NCBI GenBank assembly: GCA_947627155.1
Contig: CANQUX010000001.1
Location: forward strand, 64,046-128,045
Source: an uncultured Alphaproteobacteria bacterium
Lineage (GTDB): Bacteria > Pseudomonadota > Alphaproteobacteria > CAAHEQ01 > UBA3637
Direction of reading: 5' to 3'
DNA length: 64,000 bases
The translations under genes and the position numbers were made by a program. The notes under the pieces were generated by a model. It made no database searches and was not told where the DNA came from. It saw only the letters and a list, made by a program, of their open reading frames with translations. Shown piece after piece: positions 18,714 to 29,596 of the stretch (its first letter is position 1; the number at the start of each line of letters is the position of its first letter).

Positions 18714-19109
18714 TTATTTATTGAAAGCTTTTTGAATACCTTCAATGAAAGGCCCGTCTGCCGGACAAAATGAAAATTGATTGAGTTCTTCGGGTTTTAC
18801 CCAGCGGGCATCTTCATGTTCATATAAATGCGGAATGGTTTCGGAATTGCAGGAAGCCCAGAAGGCATTTAAATGAAAAGCACCTTTGTCGGGATATTCA
18901 TAGGTTTTGTCCATAAAGAATTCTCCGACGGTAATGGGCATTTCAAATTCTTCCATAAATTCACGGGCAACACATTCTTGTAATGTTTCGCCTTTTTCCA
19001 GTTTCCCGCCGGGAAATTCCCACATAAATTCCTGATGTTTCCCCTTTTTGCGTTGGGCAATTAAAATTTTGCCGTTATGAACGACAACAGCCATTGAAAT
19101 TTCAATCAT
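18714..19109 (-). CDS. NUDIX hydrolase (MutT-like).
   Basis: Nudix box GGKLEKGETLQECVAREFMEEFEM. Confidence 0.8.
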   Translation of the reverse strand: MIEISMAVVVHNGKILIAQRKKGKHQEFMWEFPGGKLEKGETLQECVAREFMEEFEMPITVGEFFMDKTYEYPDKGAFHLNAFWASCNSETIPHLYEHEDARWVKPEELNQFSFCPADGPFIEGIQKAFNK

Positions 19110-20197
19110 GAGCGCTCCTTTTGTTTTTTGTTTATTGAAAATTGCGAATAATGAAATGTATTTTGCCCGATCAAGACAGGCTTCATTAAACTCTTAAAAG
19201 AATAGGGACGTTTTACATTATCCAATGAAATAAATTCACAATTGTTGGAAGCAAAAACAGGTTCGATATCCCGCTTAAACAGAATTCTAAGCCCGTTTGT
19301 AATGTGATTCGAATGATTTTTAAATATATCTTTTTGAACTTTAAATATATCTTTTTGAACGGCTTTGGATAAAACAGCATTTAATTCCGTTTCCGTCAAT
19401 AAAGAAACTTCTTCAGCGCACATTTTTTCAAATGTAACGGGATAATTGCAATCAATTTTATAAATAATATCGTTTGTCAGATAAATAATTTTTTTATCAT
19501 CGCATAATTTTGGCGGCAGATAGTATATATCACTGTTTTCCAAGTGATGATAGAAGTTTTCGTAATAACGAATTCTGTGTTGTTGCCAAATGTATAATTC
19601 CGATAAAGAGGGTAATGTTTTCGGTTTTGCTTCAATTTCGTTTTTCTTGGCATATTTCTTATAAAGCGAATGCAATTTGGAAGTCAGCTTTTCATCGTTT
19701 GCCCACATATCAACAATTTCCGAAACTTTTTCCCACGGCATAACGTGTGTTTGTTTTTTATCTTTCAGATTTCTCATCACAAAATGAGGGCGAGCGGCAT
19801 TCAATGAAATTTCATAAATAAAGGGACTGTTTTCTTCTTTAAAGTATAAAATGTGATCTTTGCAGAGAATAGGATTAAAAGACAGAGAAACAGCATCTTC
19901 TTTATTATTGCAAAGTCGGTTGTTTAATTTAATGCGTTGTTGAAAACATTTCATTGAATAAAAGTAATTAAAATCAGGAAGTTGCGGAACTTCACCCAAA
20001 AAAGCGGTATTTTCGTTTTTTCTGCCTTTGGGGGGTAATTGCCATGTTTCCTGTTTCGGTAATGAATTGATATTAATTAATAAATTTGCTTCGTGTGAGG
20101 GGAAAAGCATATTCAGATATGGTAATAACTCTTTCTTTTCATCAAAATCATCCATTCGATTATTCAAAAAAGAAAAGCATTCTGTATTTAATAACAT
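19106..20197 (-). CDS. Hypothetical protein, 363 aa.
   Basis: Translationally coupled (ATGA) to the NUDIX gene. Contains an in-frame 21-bp tandem duplication (KDIFKVQ-KDIFK). Confidence 0.45.
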   Translation of the reverse strand: MLLNTECFSFLNNRMDDFDEKKELLPYLNMLFPSHEANLLININSLPKQETWQLPPKGRKNENTAFLGEVPQLPDFNYFYSMKCFQQRIKLNNRLCNNKEDAVSLSFNPILCKDHILYFKEENSPFIYEISLNAARPHFVMRNLKDKKQTHVMPWEKVSEIVDMWANDEKLTSKLHSLYKKYAKKNEIEAKPKTLPSLSELYIWQQHRIRYYENFYHHLENSDIYYLPPKLCDDKKIIYLTNDIIYKIDCNYPVTFEKMCAEEVSLLTETELNAVLSKAVQKDIFKVQKDIFKNHSNHITNGLRILFKRDIEPVFASNNCEFISLDNVKRPYSFKSLMKPVLIGQNTFHYSQFSINKKQKERS

Positions 20198-20201
20198 AAT
20201 A

Positions 20202-20705
20202 TTATCCTTTCTGTAATGTTTTTTGATTGAGTTTATTTTGATTAAAGCGTTTGTGATGCATGAGTGTTATTTTGTGCATCTTAAAATATGATACTTGCGG
20301 GCTTGACTTTTCTTTAAGACTTTCTTTGAAGGCTTGCCGAATACTGTTAATAATAGGTTTATGTTTTGGTGTAACTGTTTTCGATAACCAATTGATTAGA
20401 AATTCTATTTTATCATTATTCATAGGGATTGCTCCGTTGGGAGCCGGAAAATAAGAAGTTGATAAACAGTTACCTTGTTTTTTTTCGAAAAACTCAACGA
20501 CGAAGTCATTTGTTGCCAAGCGAGCGATTCGAATTTGATAGGGCGTGAGAGTTGTTGCCGTATCGGGATATAAACCGCTCACGGTTAACAAATTTCCCTG
20601 CCTGTGAAACCGGTAGCTTCCTTTTGATAATAAAGCTTTTTCGTTGCTTTTTACCGATGAATCTGATTTTTTATCGACTCGTGTATTCATTTTATTCCTT
20701 TTCAA
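20202..20705 (-). CDS. Hypothetical protein, 167 aa.
   Basis: First gene of the three-gene minus-strand operon that ends with NUDIX. Confidence 0.4.
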   Translation of the reverse strand: MKRNKMNTRVDKKSDSSVKSNEKALLSKGSYRFHRQGNLLTVSGLYPDTATTLTPYQIRIARLATNDFVVEFFEKKQGNCLSTSYFPAPNGAIPMNNDKIEFLINWLSKTVTPKHKPIINSIRQAFKESLKEKSSPQVSYFKMHKITLMHHKRFNQNKLNQKTLQKG

Positions 20706-20890
20706 CTTTATTTGATGGCAAGAATATCATATTACGGGTATTATGTCAATATTTTTTGTAAAAAAATTTTTTTATTTTATTTTCTGTCTTTTTTACAGCA
20801 TTTTTATTTTTAAAAAAGAAATTTTTTGTTAAAAGGTAAACAAAAGGTAAACGGAAATTGATAAAAAATATTGAAAACATTATGTTTCTG

Positions 20891-20918
20891 TTGACAAAGT
20901 TTTAAATTCGGGTATAGT
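20891..20918 (+). promoter_or_regulatory. Promoter for the ruvB-ybgC-tolQRAB operon.
   Basis: TTGACA-N16-TATAGT. Confidence 0.5.
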
Positions 20919-20948
20919 GAGATAAAAAAAAGGAACGGAAAAAATAAA

Positions 20949-21980
20949 ATGGCGGAAAATCGTTTAATCACCCCTCAAAAACTTGCCGGTGATGAAGAGC
21001 TTTATACCGGTTTAAGACCTCAATGCTTTGCCGATTTTGTCGGGCAAAAGGCAATTTGCGATAATTTGCGTGTTTTTGTCGATGCGGCCAGAAATCGGGC
21101 GGAAGCGCTTGATCATACGTTATTATTCGGCCCGCCGGGTCTGGGTAAAACAACCTTGGCGCAAATTATTGCCAAAGAATTGGGTGTCGGGTTTCGTCCG
21201 ACCTCGGGGCCGATGATTTCCAAAGCCGGTGATTTGGCTGCCATTTTAACGAATCTGGAACCGCGCGACGTGTTGTTTATTGATGAAATTCATCGATTGA
21301 ATCCAACGGTTGAAGAGGTTCTTTATTCGGCCATGGAAGATTTTCAACTCGATATTATTATCGGCGAAGGGCCGGCCGCTCGTTCGGTTCGCATTGATTT
21401 GCAACCCTTTACGTTGGTTGGTGCCACAACACGTTCGGGCTTGTTATCAAACCCGTTGAGGGATCGATTCGGTATTCCGTTACGCTTGCAATTTTATGAA
21501 ACGGAAGATTTAATGAAAATCGTGCATCGCGGTGCGAAACTGTTAAAAATGGATATGCATGAAGACGGCGCCCGCGAAATTGCCCGTCGATCACGGGGAA
21601 CGCCGCGTATTGCAGGACGATTATTGCGGCGTGTGCGTGATTTTGCGGGGGATAAACCGGTCGATAAAACGTTGGCAGATATGGCTTTAACGCGGCTGGA
21701 CGTTGATCAGTCCGGTTTGGATTTAATGGACAGACGTTATTTAACATGTATTGCTTTAAAATACGGCGGCGGGCCTGTCGGTGCCGATACATTATGTGCG
21801 GCATTATCCGAGGAACGCGATACCATTGAAGAAATTATCGAGCCGTATTTAATGCAACTGGGACTTGTGATGCGTACCCCGCGGGGGCGTGTGATTTCTG
21901 AGGCCGGTTGGAAGCATTTGGGCATGAAATGTCCGGCGGGACAGGCACAAGGTTCATTATTAGATACTTTACAGGAGTAG
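20949..21980 (+). CDS. ruvB: Holliday junction branch migration helicase RuvB.
   Basis: AAA+ Walker [10 protein letters not shown]. RuvB-specific N- and C-terminal domains. Confidence 0.9.
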   Translation: MAENRLITPQKLAGDEELYTGLRPQCFADFVGQKAICDNLRVFVDAARNRAEALDHTLLFGPPGLGKTTLAQIIAKELGVGFRPTSGPMISKAGDLAAILTNLEPRDVLFIDEIHRLNPTVEEVLYSAMEDFQLDIIIGEGPAARSVRIDLQPFTLVGATTRSGLLSNPLRDRFGIPLRLQFYETEDLMKIVHRGAKLLKMDMHEDGAREIARRSRGTPRIAGRLLRRVRDFAGDKPVDKTLADMALTRLDVDQSGLDLMDRRYLTCIALKYGGGPVGADTLCAALSEERDTIEEIIEPYLMQLGLVMRTPRGRVISEAGWKHLGMKCPAGQAQGSLLDTLQE

Positions 21981-21984
21981 AAAA

Positions 21985-22395
21985 ATGATTAGTCAAATTA
22001 CTTTGCGGGTCTATTATCAAGACACGGATGCGGGCGGTGTTGTTTACCATTCCAGATATTTGGATTTCGCCGAACGCGGACGGGCGGAAATGCTTGTTCA
22101 GGAAGGCGTTGACGTTAAATATTTTCTTGAAAAAGGCATTTCCTTTGTGTTAAGACATGCCGAAATAGATTATATAAAACCGGCCAAATTAGACGATGTT
22201 TTAACGATTCAAACGCGTGTTAAAGAAATAAAAAATGCCAGTATGACATTAGAACAAACCTGTTTGAGCGAAGACGGAACGGTTTTGGTTGTTATGCATA
22301 TTCAATTAGCGTTTATCAATCCGCAGACCTTACGTCCCGTTCGTATGGCACCCGATGTTAAAGAAATCTTTTTAAAATATATTGAAGGAGAATAA
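21985..22395 (+). CDS. ybgC: Tol-Pal-associated acyl-CoA thioesterase.
   Basis: 4HBT-fold motif YYQDTDAGGVVYHSRYL. Position immediately upstream of tolQ. Confidence 0.75.
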   Translation: MISQITLRVYYQDTDAGGVVYHSRYLDFAERGRAEMLVQEGVDVKYFLEKGISFVLRHAEIDYIKPAKLDDVLTIQTRVKEIKNASMTLEQTCLSEDGTVLVVMHIQLAFINPQTLRPVRMAPDVKEIFLKYIEGE

Positions 22396-22398
22396 GTT

Positions 22399-23097
22399 AT
22401 GCAACAAGAAGCATTGAGATCATCGTTGTCCATGTACACCATGTTTATGGATTCGGATATATTTATGAAACTGCTGATATTGGGGTTATTATTTGCATCG
22501 GTATGTTGTTGGGCAATTATTTTTGACAAAGCCTTTTTATTTAAGCGTATTCGTATGGGAATGAAGGCCTTTGAAGAACAATTTTGGTCCGGCGGCTCAT
22601 TGGAAGCCATTTACAATGCCAATGCGCAAAATCCGAGTAATCCCTTGGCACTTATTTTTGTAACGGCCATTAAAGAATTTCGGCGATCGCTGACCGAAAA
22701 GAAAAAAGCCGGTTCCAACATTAAAATTCAGGAACGCATTGATAAAGTAATGCAAATTGCCATTGATCGACAAGTCGATAAAATGGAAACCAAAATGATA
22801 TTTTTGGCTTCAACCGGTTCTGTGGCACCGCTTTTGGGCTTATTCGGAACGGTTTGGGGCATTATGGACAGTTTTAATGCCATCGGTTTAACGCAAAGCA
22901 CGAATATTGCGGCCGTTGCCCCGGGTGTGGCCGAGGCTTTGTTTACCACGGCTGTCGGATTGATAGCCGCCATTCCCGCCGTGATTGCCTATAACAAATT
23001 ATCGAATGACATTGATCGCATTTCACATCGAATGGAAACTTTTTCCGATGAATTAAGCGCCATTCTTTCGCGACAGATTGATCAGGTGGAAGGATAA
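22399..23097 (+). CDS. tolQ: TolQ.
   Basis: MotA/TolQ/ExbB three-TM architecture. Operon context. Confidence 0.85.
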   Translation: MQQEALRSSLSMYTMFMDSDIFMKLLILGLLFASVCCWAIIFDKAFLFKRIRMGMKAFEEQFWSGGSLEAIYNANAQNPSNPLALIFVTAIKEFRRSLTEKKKAGSNIKIQERIDKVMQIAIDRQVDKMETKMIFLASTGSVAPLLGLFGTVWGIMDSFNAIGLTQSTNIAAVAPGVAEALFTTAVGLIAAIPAVIAYNKLSNDIDRISHRMETFSDELSAILSRQIDQVEG

Positions 23098-23100
23098 GGT

Positions 23101-23514
23101 ATGGCGCGTTCAATCCGAAAAACAAAAATTCGTTCCGAAGTTAATTTAACGCCGTTGATTGACGTGATGACTTCGTTATTGGCCATTTTTATGATTACGG
23201 CACCGCTTTTAACATCGGGTATACCGCTGAATTTGCCCAAAGGCGACGGAAAGCAAATTGAGGGAGAAGATAAAACGTTAGATATCAGCGTTGATTCGCA
23301 AGGAAAAATTTATATCGGTACCGATGAAACGGCCTTAAAAGATTTAATTACCAAAGTTAAAGCCGTTGTGGCGGAAAATCCGGCCATCGGAATGGTGATC
23401 AGCGGTGATAAAGATGCCTCTTACGGCACGGTCATTGAAGTGATGGCTTTATTGAGAAGTGCCGGATTCACGCAGGTCGGTTTAAAAACCGATGCAAAAA
23501 TTATGATGCCTTAA
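23101..23514 (+). CDS. tolR: TolR.
   Basis: ExbD/TolR family: single TM, conserved Asp in TM. Confidence 0.85.
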   Translation: MARSIRKTKIRSEVNLTPLIDVMTSLLAIFMITAPLLTSGIPLNLPKGDGKQIEGEDKTLDISVDSQGKIYIGTDETALKDLITKVKAVVAENPAIGMVISGDKDASYGTVIEVMALLRSAGFTQVGLKTDAKIMMP

Positions 23515-23530
23515 ATGAGATAAAAACAAC

Positions 23531-24487
23531 ATGACCGGCTTAAATGAACTTTTTGAAACAACCACCAGGCAGTCTTATTCGTTAGGACTGTCGGTTGCGT
23601 TGCATGCCATGGTGTTGTTTTTAATGCTGTTTAATTTTTCATGGGCAACGAATGATACCGATAAAACGCCGCCTGCCATATTGATGGTTGATTTAACAAA
23701 AGTACAAATCAGCGATAAAACGAATTTACCGCCGAAAGCGGAAAAGAAAAAGGAAACACCCAAACCGGCAGTTCAACCGAAGGAAAAGCCTCAAACCAAA
23801 ACACCCGCCGTTAAGCAGGAAGCGCCGCAAAAGAAAGAGGAAGTCAAGCCGGCGGAAAAAGTGCCGCCCAAAGAGGCTGCCAAAGTTGTTGAGAAAAAAG
23901 AGCCGCCGAAACAAAAACCGAAACCGCAACCCAAAGAAAAGCCCAAACCGAAATCTCAGCCCAAGCCGCAACCGAAACCGCAAGCGAAGCCGAAGCCGAA
24001 ACAACAGCCGAAAAACGACTTGCAAAGTTTGTTGGCATCGGTTGAAAAAGTTAAAAAACCGGCCAATTCCGCACCGAAAGAGGTTGAAGAAGTTGATGAA
24101 AATTCAGTGCTTAATGATGGTATTGAAGGCGGAACAAGCGGCAGTCGGCTTGAAATTTTAAGCGTTTCGGAAAAAGATTTTATTGCAAATGTTATTCGTC
24201 AACATTGGAATGTGAATGCCGGTGTTGAAAATGCCGAAAATATGATTGTAGAGTTGAGTGTTCTTTTAAATAAAGACGGTGGTGTGAAAGAGGTAAAAAT
24301 ATTAAATCAAAAGAACAATCCGGCTTTTCAATCAATGGCGGAAAGTGCCCGCAGAGCTATATATATTTGTGACGGATTAGGGGAAGAATCGCCTTTTCGG
24401 ATACTGGCAAAAAAGCACACGAAGAATTATAATACTTGGAAGAAGATACATTTATACATGAACCCGATTAAAGGAGAAGTTTTTTAG
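23531..24487 (+). CDS. tolA: TolA.
   Basis: N-terminal TM anchor, long Pro/Lys/Glu-rich linker, C-terminal TolA domain. Operon context. Confidence 0.75.
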   Translation: MTGLNELFETTTRQSYSLGLSVALHAMVLFLMLFNFSWATNDTDKTPPAILMVDLTKVQISDKTNLPPKAEKKKETPKPAVQPKEKPQTKTPAVKQEAPQKKEEVKPAEKVPPKEAAKVVEKKEPPKQKPKPQPKEKPKPKSQPKPQPKPQAKPKPKQQPKNDLQSLLASVEKVKKPANSAPKEVEEVDENSVLNDGIEGGTSGSRLEILSVSEKDFIANVIRQHWNVNAGVENAENMIVELSVLLNKDGGVKEVKILNQKNNPAFQSMAESARRAIYICDGLGEESPFRILAKKHTKNYNTWKKIHLYMNPIKGEVF

Positions 24488-25819
24488 ATGAGAAAATCAG
24501 AAAAATTATTTTTAATTGTCTTGTCGGTCGTTATGTTTGTTTTTTTCGGACAAACGGCCCGAGCAGAGTTAAGCATTAACGTTACGGGATCACAGTCGGA
24601 GCCGTTGCCTTACGCCATGCCCGATTTAACGGGAACGAGTTATTCGGAAAACACGTTGGGAGAGGATATAACGGCTGTTGTAATCGCCGATTTGGAGCGT
24701 TCGGGTCTTTTTCGGCATATTAATCCCGATGCTTATATTCAAAAGTTAACCGATACGAATGTACGGCCGAATTTTGCCGATTGGCAAGCCATCAATGCGC
24801 AAGCGTTGATTTACGGTACCGTTCGGGAAACGGGTGATAAAATAACGGTTTCGTTTCGGATATGGGACGTGTTTGCGCAAACGCAAATGGAAGCAAAATC
24901 ATTTACGGCTTCTTCCGAATCGTGGCGGAAAGTGGCGCACATGATGGCCGATTATATTTATGAACGTTTAACGGGTGAAAAAGGTTATTTTGACACAAAA
25001 ATCGTGTTTGTTTCGGAGCGGGGCAATCAGCTGAATCGGGAAAAACGGTTGGCCGTTATGGATCAGGACGGTGAGAATTTTCAATTTTTAACCAACGGTA
25101 AAGATTTGGTGTTAACGCCGCGTTTTTCGCCGAATATGAAAGAAGTGGCTTATTTTTCGTATCAGGAGGGCAAGCCGAAGGTTTATTTAATGAATATTGC
25201 CGATCGGCGTTCATCGTTGGTGGGTAATTTCCCGGGTATGACATTTGCACCGCGCTTTTCGCCGGACGGCACACATTTAATTATGAGTCTCTCCAATCGC
25301 GGAAATGCCGATATTTATACATATAATTTGAAAACAAAAACAAAAATGCGTTTAACGGAACATCCGTCCATTAACACATCGCCGAGTTATTCGCCCGACG
25401 GGTCACAAATTGTGTTTAACTCCGACAGAGGCGGTAATCAGCAGCTTTATATTATGAATGCCGACGGTTCCAATGTGCATCGCATCAGTTTCGGCGAAGG
25501 AACGTATGCAACGCCGGTCTGGTCGCCGCGCGGTGATTATATTGCTTTTACGAAAGTTCGGCACGGCGAGTTTCATATCGGTGTCATTAAGCCGGACGGT
25601 TCGGGTGAAAGATTGATTACAAACGGCTTTTTAGTCGAATCGCCGAGCTGGGCTCCGAACGGGCGTGTGTTAATGTTTTATCGGCAAAACAAATCCGACA
25701 GAAACGGTAACGGCGGTACGGCAAAATTGTATACCATTGATATAACGGGTTATAACGAACGACAGGTTAAAACGCCTGCCGATGCCTCCGATCCGGCGTG
25801 GTCGCCCTTATTACATTGA
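24488..25819 (+). CDS. tolB: TolB.
   Basis: Signal peptide, N-terminal TolB domain and beta-propeller repeats (PRFSPDG..., YSPDGS...). Confidence 0.9.
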   Translation: MRKSEKLFLIVLSVVMFVFFGQTARAELSINVTGSQSEPLPYAMPDLTGTSYSENTLGEDITAVVIADLERSGLFRHINPDAYIQKLTDTNVRPNFADWQAINAQALIYGTVRETGDKITVSFRIWDVFAQTQMEAKSFTASSESWRKVAHMMADYIYERLTGEKGYFDTKIVFVSERGNQLNREKRLAVMDQDGENFQFLTNGKDLVLTPRFSPNMKEVAYFSYQEGKPKVYLMNIADRRSSLVGNFPGMTFAPRFSPDGTHLIMSLSNRGNADIYTYNLKTKTKMRLTEHPSINTSPSYSPDGSQIVFNSDRGGNQQLYIMNADGSNVHRISFGEGTYATPVWSPRGDYIAFTKVRHGEFHIGVIKPDGSGERLITNGFLVESPSWAPNGRVLMFYRQNKSDRNGNGGTAKLYTIDITGYNERQVKTPADASDPAWSPLLH

Positions 25820-25888
25820 GAGATTGTTTTTTCAATAAAAAGCGGCTTTTCAGTCGCTTTTTTTAAAAAAAAGAGCCGTTTTTTTTAT

Positions 25889-25917
25889 TTGACAACCCCT
25901 TAAAAATGTGATAAAAT
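25889..25917 (+). promoter_or_regulatory. Strong promoter with extended -10, for the 25945 gene.
   Basis: TTGACA-N17-(TGa)TAAAAT. RBS AGGAGG lies before the ATG. Confidence 0.5.
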
Positions 25918-25944
25918 ACATACGAACAGCAAGGAGGTGTCCGC

Positions 25945-26853
25945 ATGGTTGAAAAAACGGAAGAAACAGAAAAACAATTTCGAAACGATTTAAATAACAT
26001 TGAATCGCTTATTTCATCCAGAACAGTTTCCGTTCAGCAAATTAACGATGCATTGAGAATGGCTTTTGCATCGGCTGCCTCTTTGCCGAATGCGGAAAAA
26101 GCGCGAATTGTTAAAGAATATAATGTGTTGGCAGGGTATATTAAAAACAGCATCAATACGGGAAAAAGCGGTAGCGGTGAGATGAGCAGCCGCGGAAACG
26201 CGTTACAAAATGATATCATTGATAAAGTCTATAATGATCAATATTGCCAGGCATTATTTGAAAAATCTTTAACGGATGTTACGGCTTTAAAAGACGCCAT
26301 GGAAAACGGATATGATGTGAATAAAGGCTTTTCCGATAAAGCTTTTGATTCTTTTCATCGGCACAGTCATAAATTTGCCGAAGGCGTTAAAAAAATGGTT
26401 GATTTCATTAAAACCGGCACGCCGGAACAATTTAATGAGGTTTTTAAGAAGGCGGCGGAAGATTATAAAAATACCATGGCTCATTTTGATGTGCTTGATC
26501 AAACCATTACGGGGATGAACACCGAAAATCTTCTGAAAGAAAAAGAGGGTATGAAAAAAGAGCATGAAAAATTAAAAGAGCTCGATATGATGATTAAAGG
26601 ACTGGAAGAAGCTGCCAAAACCGAAAAGGATCCCGCTAAAAGAGAACAAATCTTGAAAGGCATTGAATTGGCATCGGAAGCGCGTCAAAATTTAGGGGTA
26701 CGCGTAACACGAATTGATATACAAATCAATCAGCGCTTAAATCCGACAAATGAAAACGAACAGACGGGAAATTCTACGTTACGCAAATGTGGTCAAGAGG
26801 TAGAAGAGGAGCAAAATAATCAGGCTCATCAGGCCTCCGGTCGCGGATATTGA
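25945..26853 (+). CDS. Hypothetical coiled-coil protein, in the position where pal is expected.
   Basis: No signal peptide, lipobox or OmpA domain. Lys/Glu-rich coiled-coil. Has its own strong promoter. Confidence 0.45.
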   Translation: MVEKTEETEKQFRNDLNNIESLISSRTVSVQQINDALRMAFASAASLPNAEKARIVKEYNVLAGYIKNSINTGKSGSGEMSSRGNALQNDIIDKVYNDQYCQALFEKSLTDVTALKDAMENGYDVNKGFSDKAFDSFHRHSHKFAEGVKKMVDFIKTGTPEQFNEVFKKAAEDYKNTMAHFDVLDQTITGMNTENLLKEKEGMKKEHEKLKELDMMIKGLEEAAKTEKDPAKREQILKGIELASEARQNLGVRVTRIDIQINQRLNPTNENEQTGNSTLRKCGQEVEEEQNNQAHQASGRGY

Positions 26854-26939
26854 GTAAAATTAAAGGAAAATCAAGTTTAAAAATGCATTTATTTAAAACT
26901 TTAATTTATTAATTTAACTTATTAAAAAAATAAAGAAAA

Positions 26940-26980
26940 ATATAAAACAAAACCGCCTGATTTTTATCAGGCGGTTTAAA
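26940..26980. terminator. Bidirectional terminator (valS on minus, 25945 gene on plus).
   Basis: AACCGCCTGAT-tttt-ATCAGGCGGTT, with a U-run on the minus strand. Confidence 0.6.
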
Positions 26981-26995
26981 GCAGTGCTTGAACCC

Positions 26996-29596
26996 TCAGG
27001 CTTGCTTTTCATAAACGCCGAAAACACAAGTTTGAATGCTCATTTGCGCGCCGTCTTCAAATGTTAAAGCATTATTTTGAATGTTGGCGGCATTTAAAAT
27101 ATCTTCTCTTGCCTCATTGAAAAGCGTTGCTTCTTTTTGAGAACACATCAGCACCAATTTTTCAATCGGCGTTTTCACCGATTTCTTTTCCTCTGCTTTT
27201 TGCTTGCGGATGAGGTTAATGGCCTGAGCCGCTTGTTCATAAACGGCCGGATTTCCAGCTAAATGCGCCAGTTCGTTCACGCTCGGAAAGGCGGCTTTAT
27301 GAACGGATTGATTTCCTTTTCCCCACGGCCGACATTGCCACACTTCTTCCGTTGTAAAGCTTAAAAACGGCGCAAACAGCCGCATTAACACGTCAATGGC
27401 AAGCATCAGCGTTGAAACGGCAGAAGTCGGATTCTCGCCGTAAGCGCGACCTTTAACCAATTCCAAATAATTATCGCAAAAATCCCAGAAACATTTTTCC
27501 GTCACTTCCAAAGCAAAGGCATAATCGTTTGATTCAAAAGATTTTTCCGCCGTTTCAATCACTTCTTTCAATGAAGCGATATAAGCTTTATCCAGCGGGT
27601 TTGTAATATTTTTATGATAATCTGCGTTTAAATCAACACCCGATTTTTCCGTCATCATAAACACAAACTTGGCGGCATTAAATATTTTCATACTTAATTT
27701 GCGCCCTTGTTCCATAATTTGCTCTTCAAATGCCGTATCAATGCCGAGTTTTGCCCGCGAAGCCCAATAGCGAACGGCATCAGCCGAGTGCTTGACCAAC
27801 AAATCCATCGGCGTGACAACGTTTCCTTTCGATTTGCTCATTTTTTTGCGATCGGGATCTAAAATAAATCCGCTGATTAAGGCTTCTTTCCACGGTTCTT
27901 TTCCCTCATGCGCATAGGCTTTCATAATGGTATAAAAGGCCCATGTGCGAATAATATCGTGCGCTTGCGGACGAATATCAAACGGCAATGATAAGTGATG
28001 CCCTTCGGGCGCATGCGCCATGGCTATTTGCGGTGTGAGCGAACTGGTTGCCCATGTATCCATAATATCTTTATCACCCGTAAAACCGTTCGGTTGATTT
28101 CGCATGGCTTCCGTAAACCCGCTTGGCACATCAACCATGGGATCGACGGGCAGTTGCGATTCGCTCGGATAAATCGGCTGATCATAATCAATTACGCCTT
28201 TTTCGTTAATTTTATACCACACGGGGAAGGGAACACCGAAAAAGCGTTGTCGTGAAATGCACCAGTCTTGATTTAACCCTTCAACCCATGCTTCATAACG
28301 CGATTGCATATGCGCCGGTGTCCATTTGATTTTGCGACCCGTTTCCAATAATTCTTTTTTGAGATTTAAAATGGAAACAAACCATTGACGCGAGGAAACA
28401 AATTCCAACGGCACCGTTCCTTTTTCATAAAATTTAACCGGATGCGTCAGCGGTTTCGGATCGCCCAACAAATCACCGCTTTCACGCAAAAATTCAACGA
28501 TTTTCGCGCGTGCATCTTTTACTTTCAGTCCTTTGAGCTGATTATAATATCCGGCGGCTTTTTCCGCGTTTAACGAAACAAAATTACCCGTGCCGTAATC
28601 AATATCCATCAATCGGCCGTCCAAACCGACAATTTGCTTAATCGGCAAGCCGGATTGTTTCCACCACGCAACGTCTGCCGCGTCACCGAAAGTACACACC
28701 ATCATAATACCCGTTCCTTTATCCGGTTCGGCATGTTCGGAAGGAACAATCGGTACCGGAATATCAAACAAAGGCACAATGGCTTTTTTCCCGAAAAACG
28801 GTTGATAACGTTCATCATCGGGGTGGGCAACCACCGCAATGCAGGCGGGTAAAAACTCGGGACGCGTGGTCGCAATCGTAAAAGTTGTGTCCGAATCTTG
28901 CACTTTAAAAGAAATATCATGGAAAAAACCGGCCGTTTCGCGATCTTCAATTTCCGCCTGCGCAACGGCTGATTGAAAAGTAACATCCCACATGGTCGGT
29001 GCTTCCACCGATTTTGCCAATCCTTTTTTCACCAAATCCAAAAACGATTTTTGCGCTTCTTTTTGGGCTTTTTCGTCAATGGTGGCATATTTTAAACTCC
29101 AATCATAAGAATGCCCGATGTGATGAAAAATATCTTCAAAAACCTTTTCATCGTTGGCAACCAGCTCATCACAAGCTTCAATAAAATTGCGTCGCGACAC
29201 TTCTTTGCGAGCATGTTCGGCTTTCGGATTATGTTCCGGCTTAAAATCGGGATCATAAGGCAGAGCAGGGTTACAGGCAATGTTAAAATAATTTTGTACG
29301 CGTCTCTCCGTGGGCAAGCCGTTATCGTCCCACCCGATGGGATAAAAAATTGACTTTCCTTTCATACGGTTATAACGCACCATCACATCGGTTTGCGTAT
29401 AGGAAAAAATATGTCCGATATGCAATGACCCCGAAACCGTCGGCGGCGGTGTGTCAACAATAAACGTGTTTTCACGCGGTGCGGAAGCATCATATTGATA
29501 AACCTTGTTTTCTTCCCAAAAACGAATGCCGCGTTCCTCCATGGCTTCGGCATTAAACTTATCATCTAATTTTTTTTCTTCTTTATATTGTGACAT
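26996..29596 (-). CDS. valS: Valyl-tRNA synthetase (short, archaeal/rickettsial-type).
   Basis: PPPTVSGSLHIGH (ValRS-type HIGH context) and KMSKSKGN. 866 aa. Confidence 0.75.
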   Translation of the reverse strand: MSQYKEEKKLDDKFNAEAMEERGIRFWEENKVYQYDASAPRENTFIVDTPPPTVSGSLHIGHIFSYTQTDVMVRYNRMKGKSIFYPIGWDDNGLPTERRVQNYFNIACNPALPYDPDFKPEHNPKAEHARKEVSRRNFIEACDELVANDEKVFEDIFHHIGHSYDWSLKYATIDEKAQKEAQKSFLDLVKKGLAKSVEAPTMWDVTFQSAVAQAEIEDRETAGFFHDISFKVQDSDTTFTIATTRPEFLPACIAVVAHPDDERYQPFFGKKAIVPLFDIPVPIVPSEHAEPDKGTGIMMVCTFGDAADVAWWKQSGLPIKQIVGLDGRLMDIDYGTGNFVSLNAEKAAGYYNQLKGLKVKDARAKIVEFLRESGDLLGDPKPLTHPVKFYEKGTVPLEFVSSRQWFVSILNLKKELLETGRKIKWTPAHMQSRYEAWVEGLNQDWCISRQRFFGVPFPVWYKINEKGVIDYDQPIYPSESQLPVDPMVDVPSGFTEAMRNQPNGFTGDKDIMDTWATSSLTPQIAMAHAPEGHHLSLPFDIRPQAHDIIRTWAFYTIMKAYAHEGKEPWKEALISGFILDPDRKKMSKSKGNVVTPMDLLVKHSADAVRYWASRAKLGIDTAFEEQIMEQGRKLSMKIFNAAKFVFMMTEKSGVDLNADYHKNITNPLDKAYIASLKEVIETAEKSFESNDYAFALEVTEKCFWDFCDNYLELVKGRAYGENPTSAVSTLMLAIDVLMRLFAPFLSFTTEEVWQCRPWGKGNQSVHKAAFPSVNELAHLAGNPAVYEQAAQAINLIRKQKAEEKKSVKTPIEKLVLMCSQKEATLFNEAREDILNAANIQNNALTFEDGAQMSIQTCVFGVYEKQA

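Noticed and set aside
23726-24161. Antisense or alternative-frame ORFs within tolA (23726-24025 -, 23844-24038 -, 23886-24161 +).
   Set aside because: They are artefacts of the low-complexity Pro/Lys/Glu-rich tolA linker. They are fully nested in a confidently called gene.
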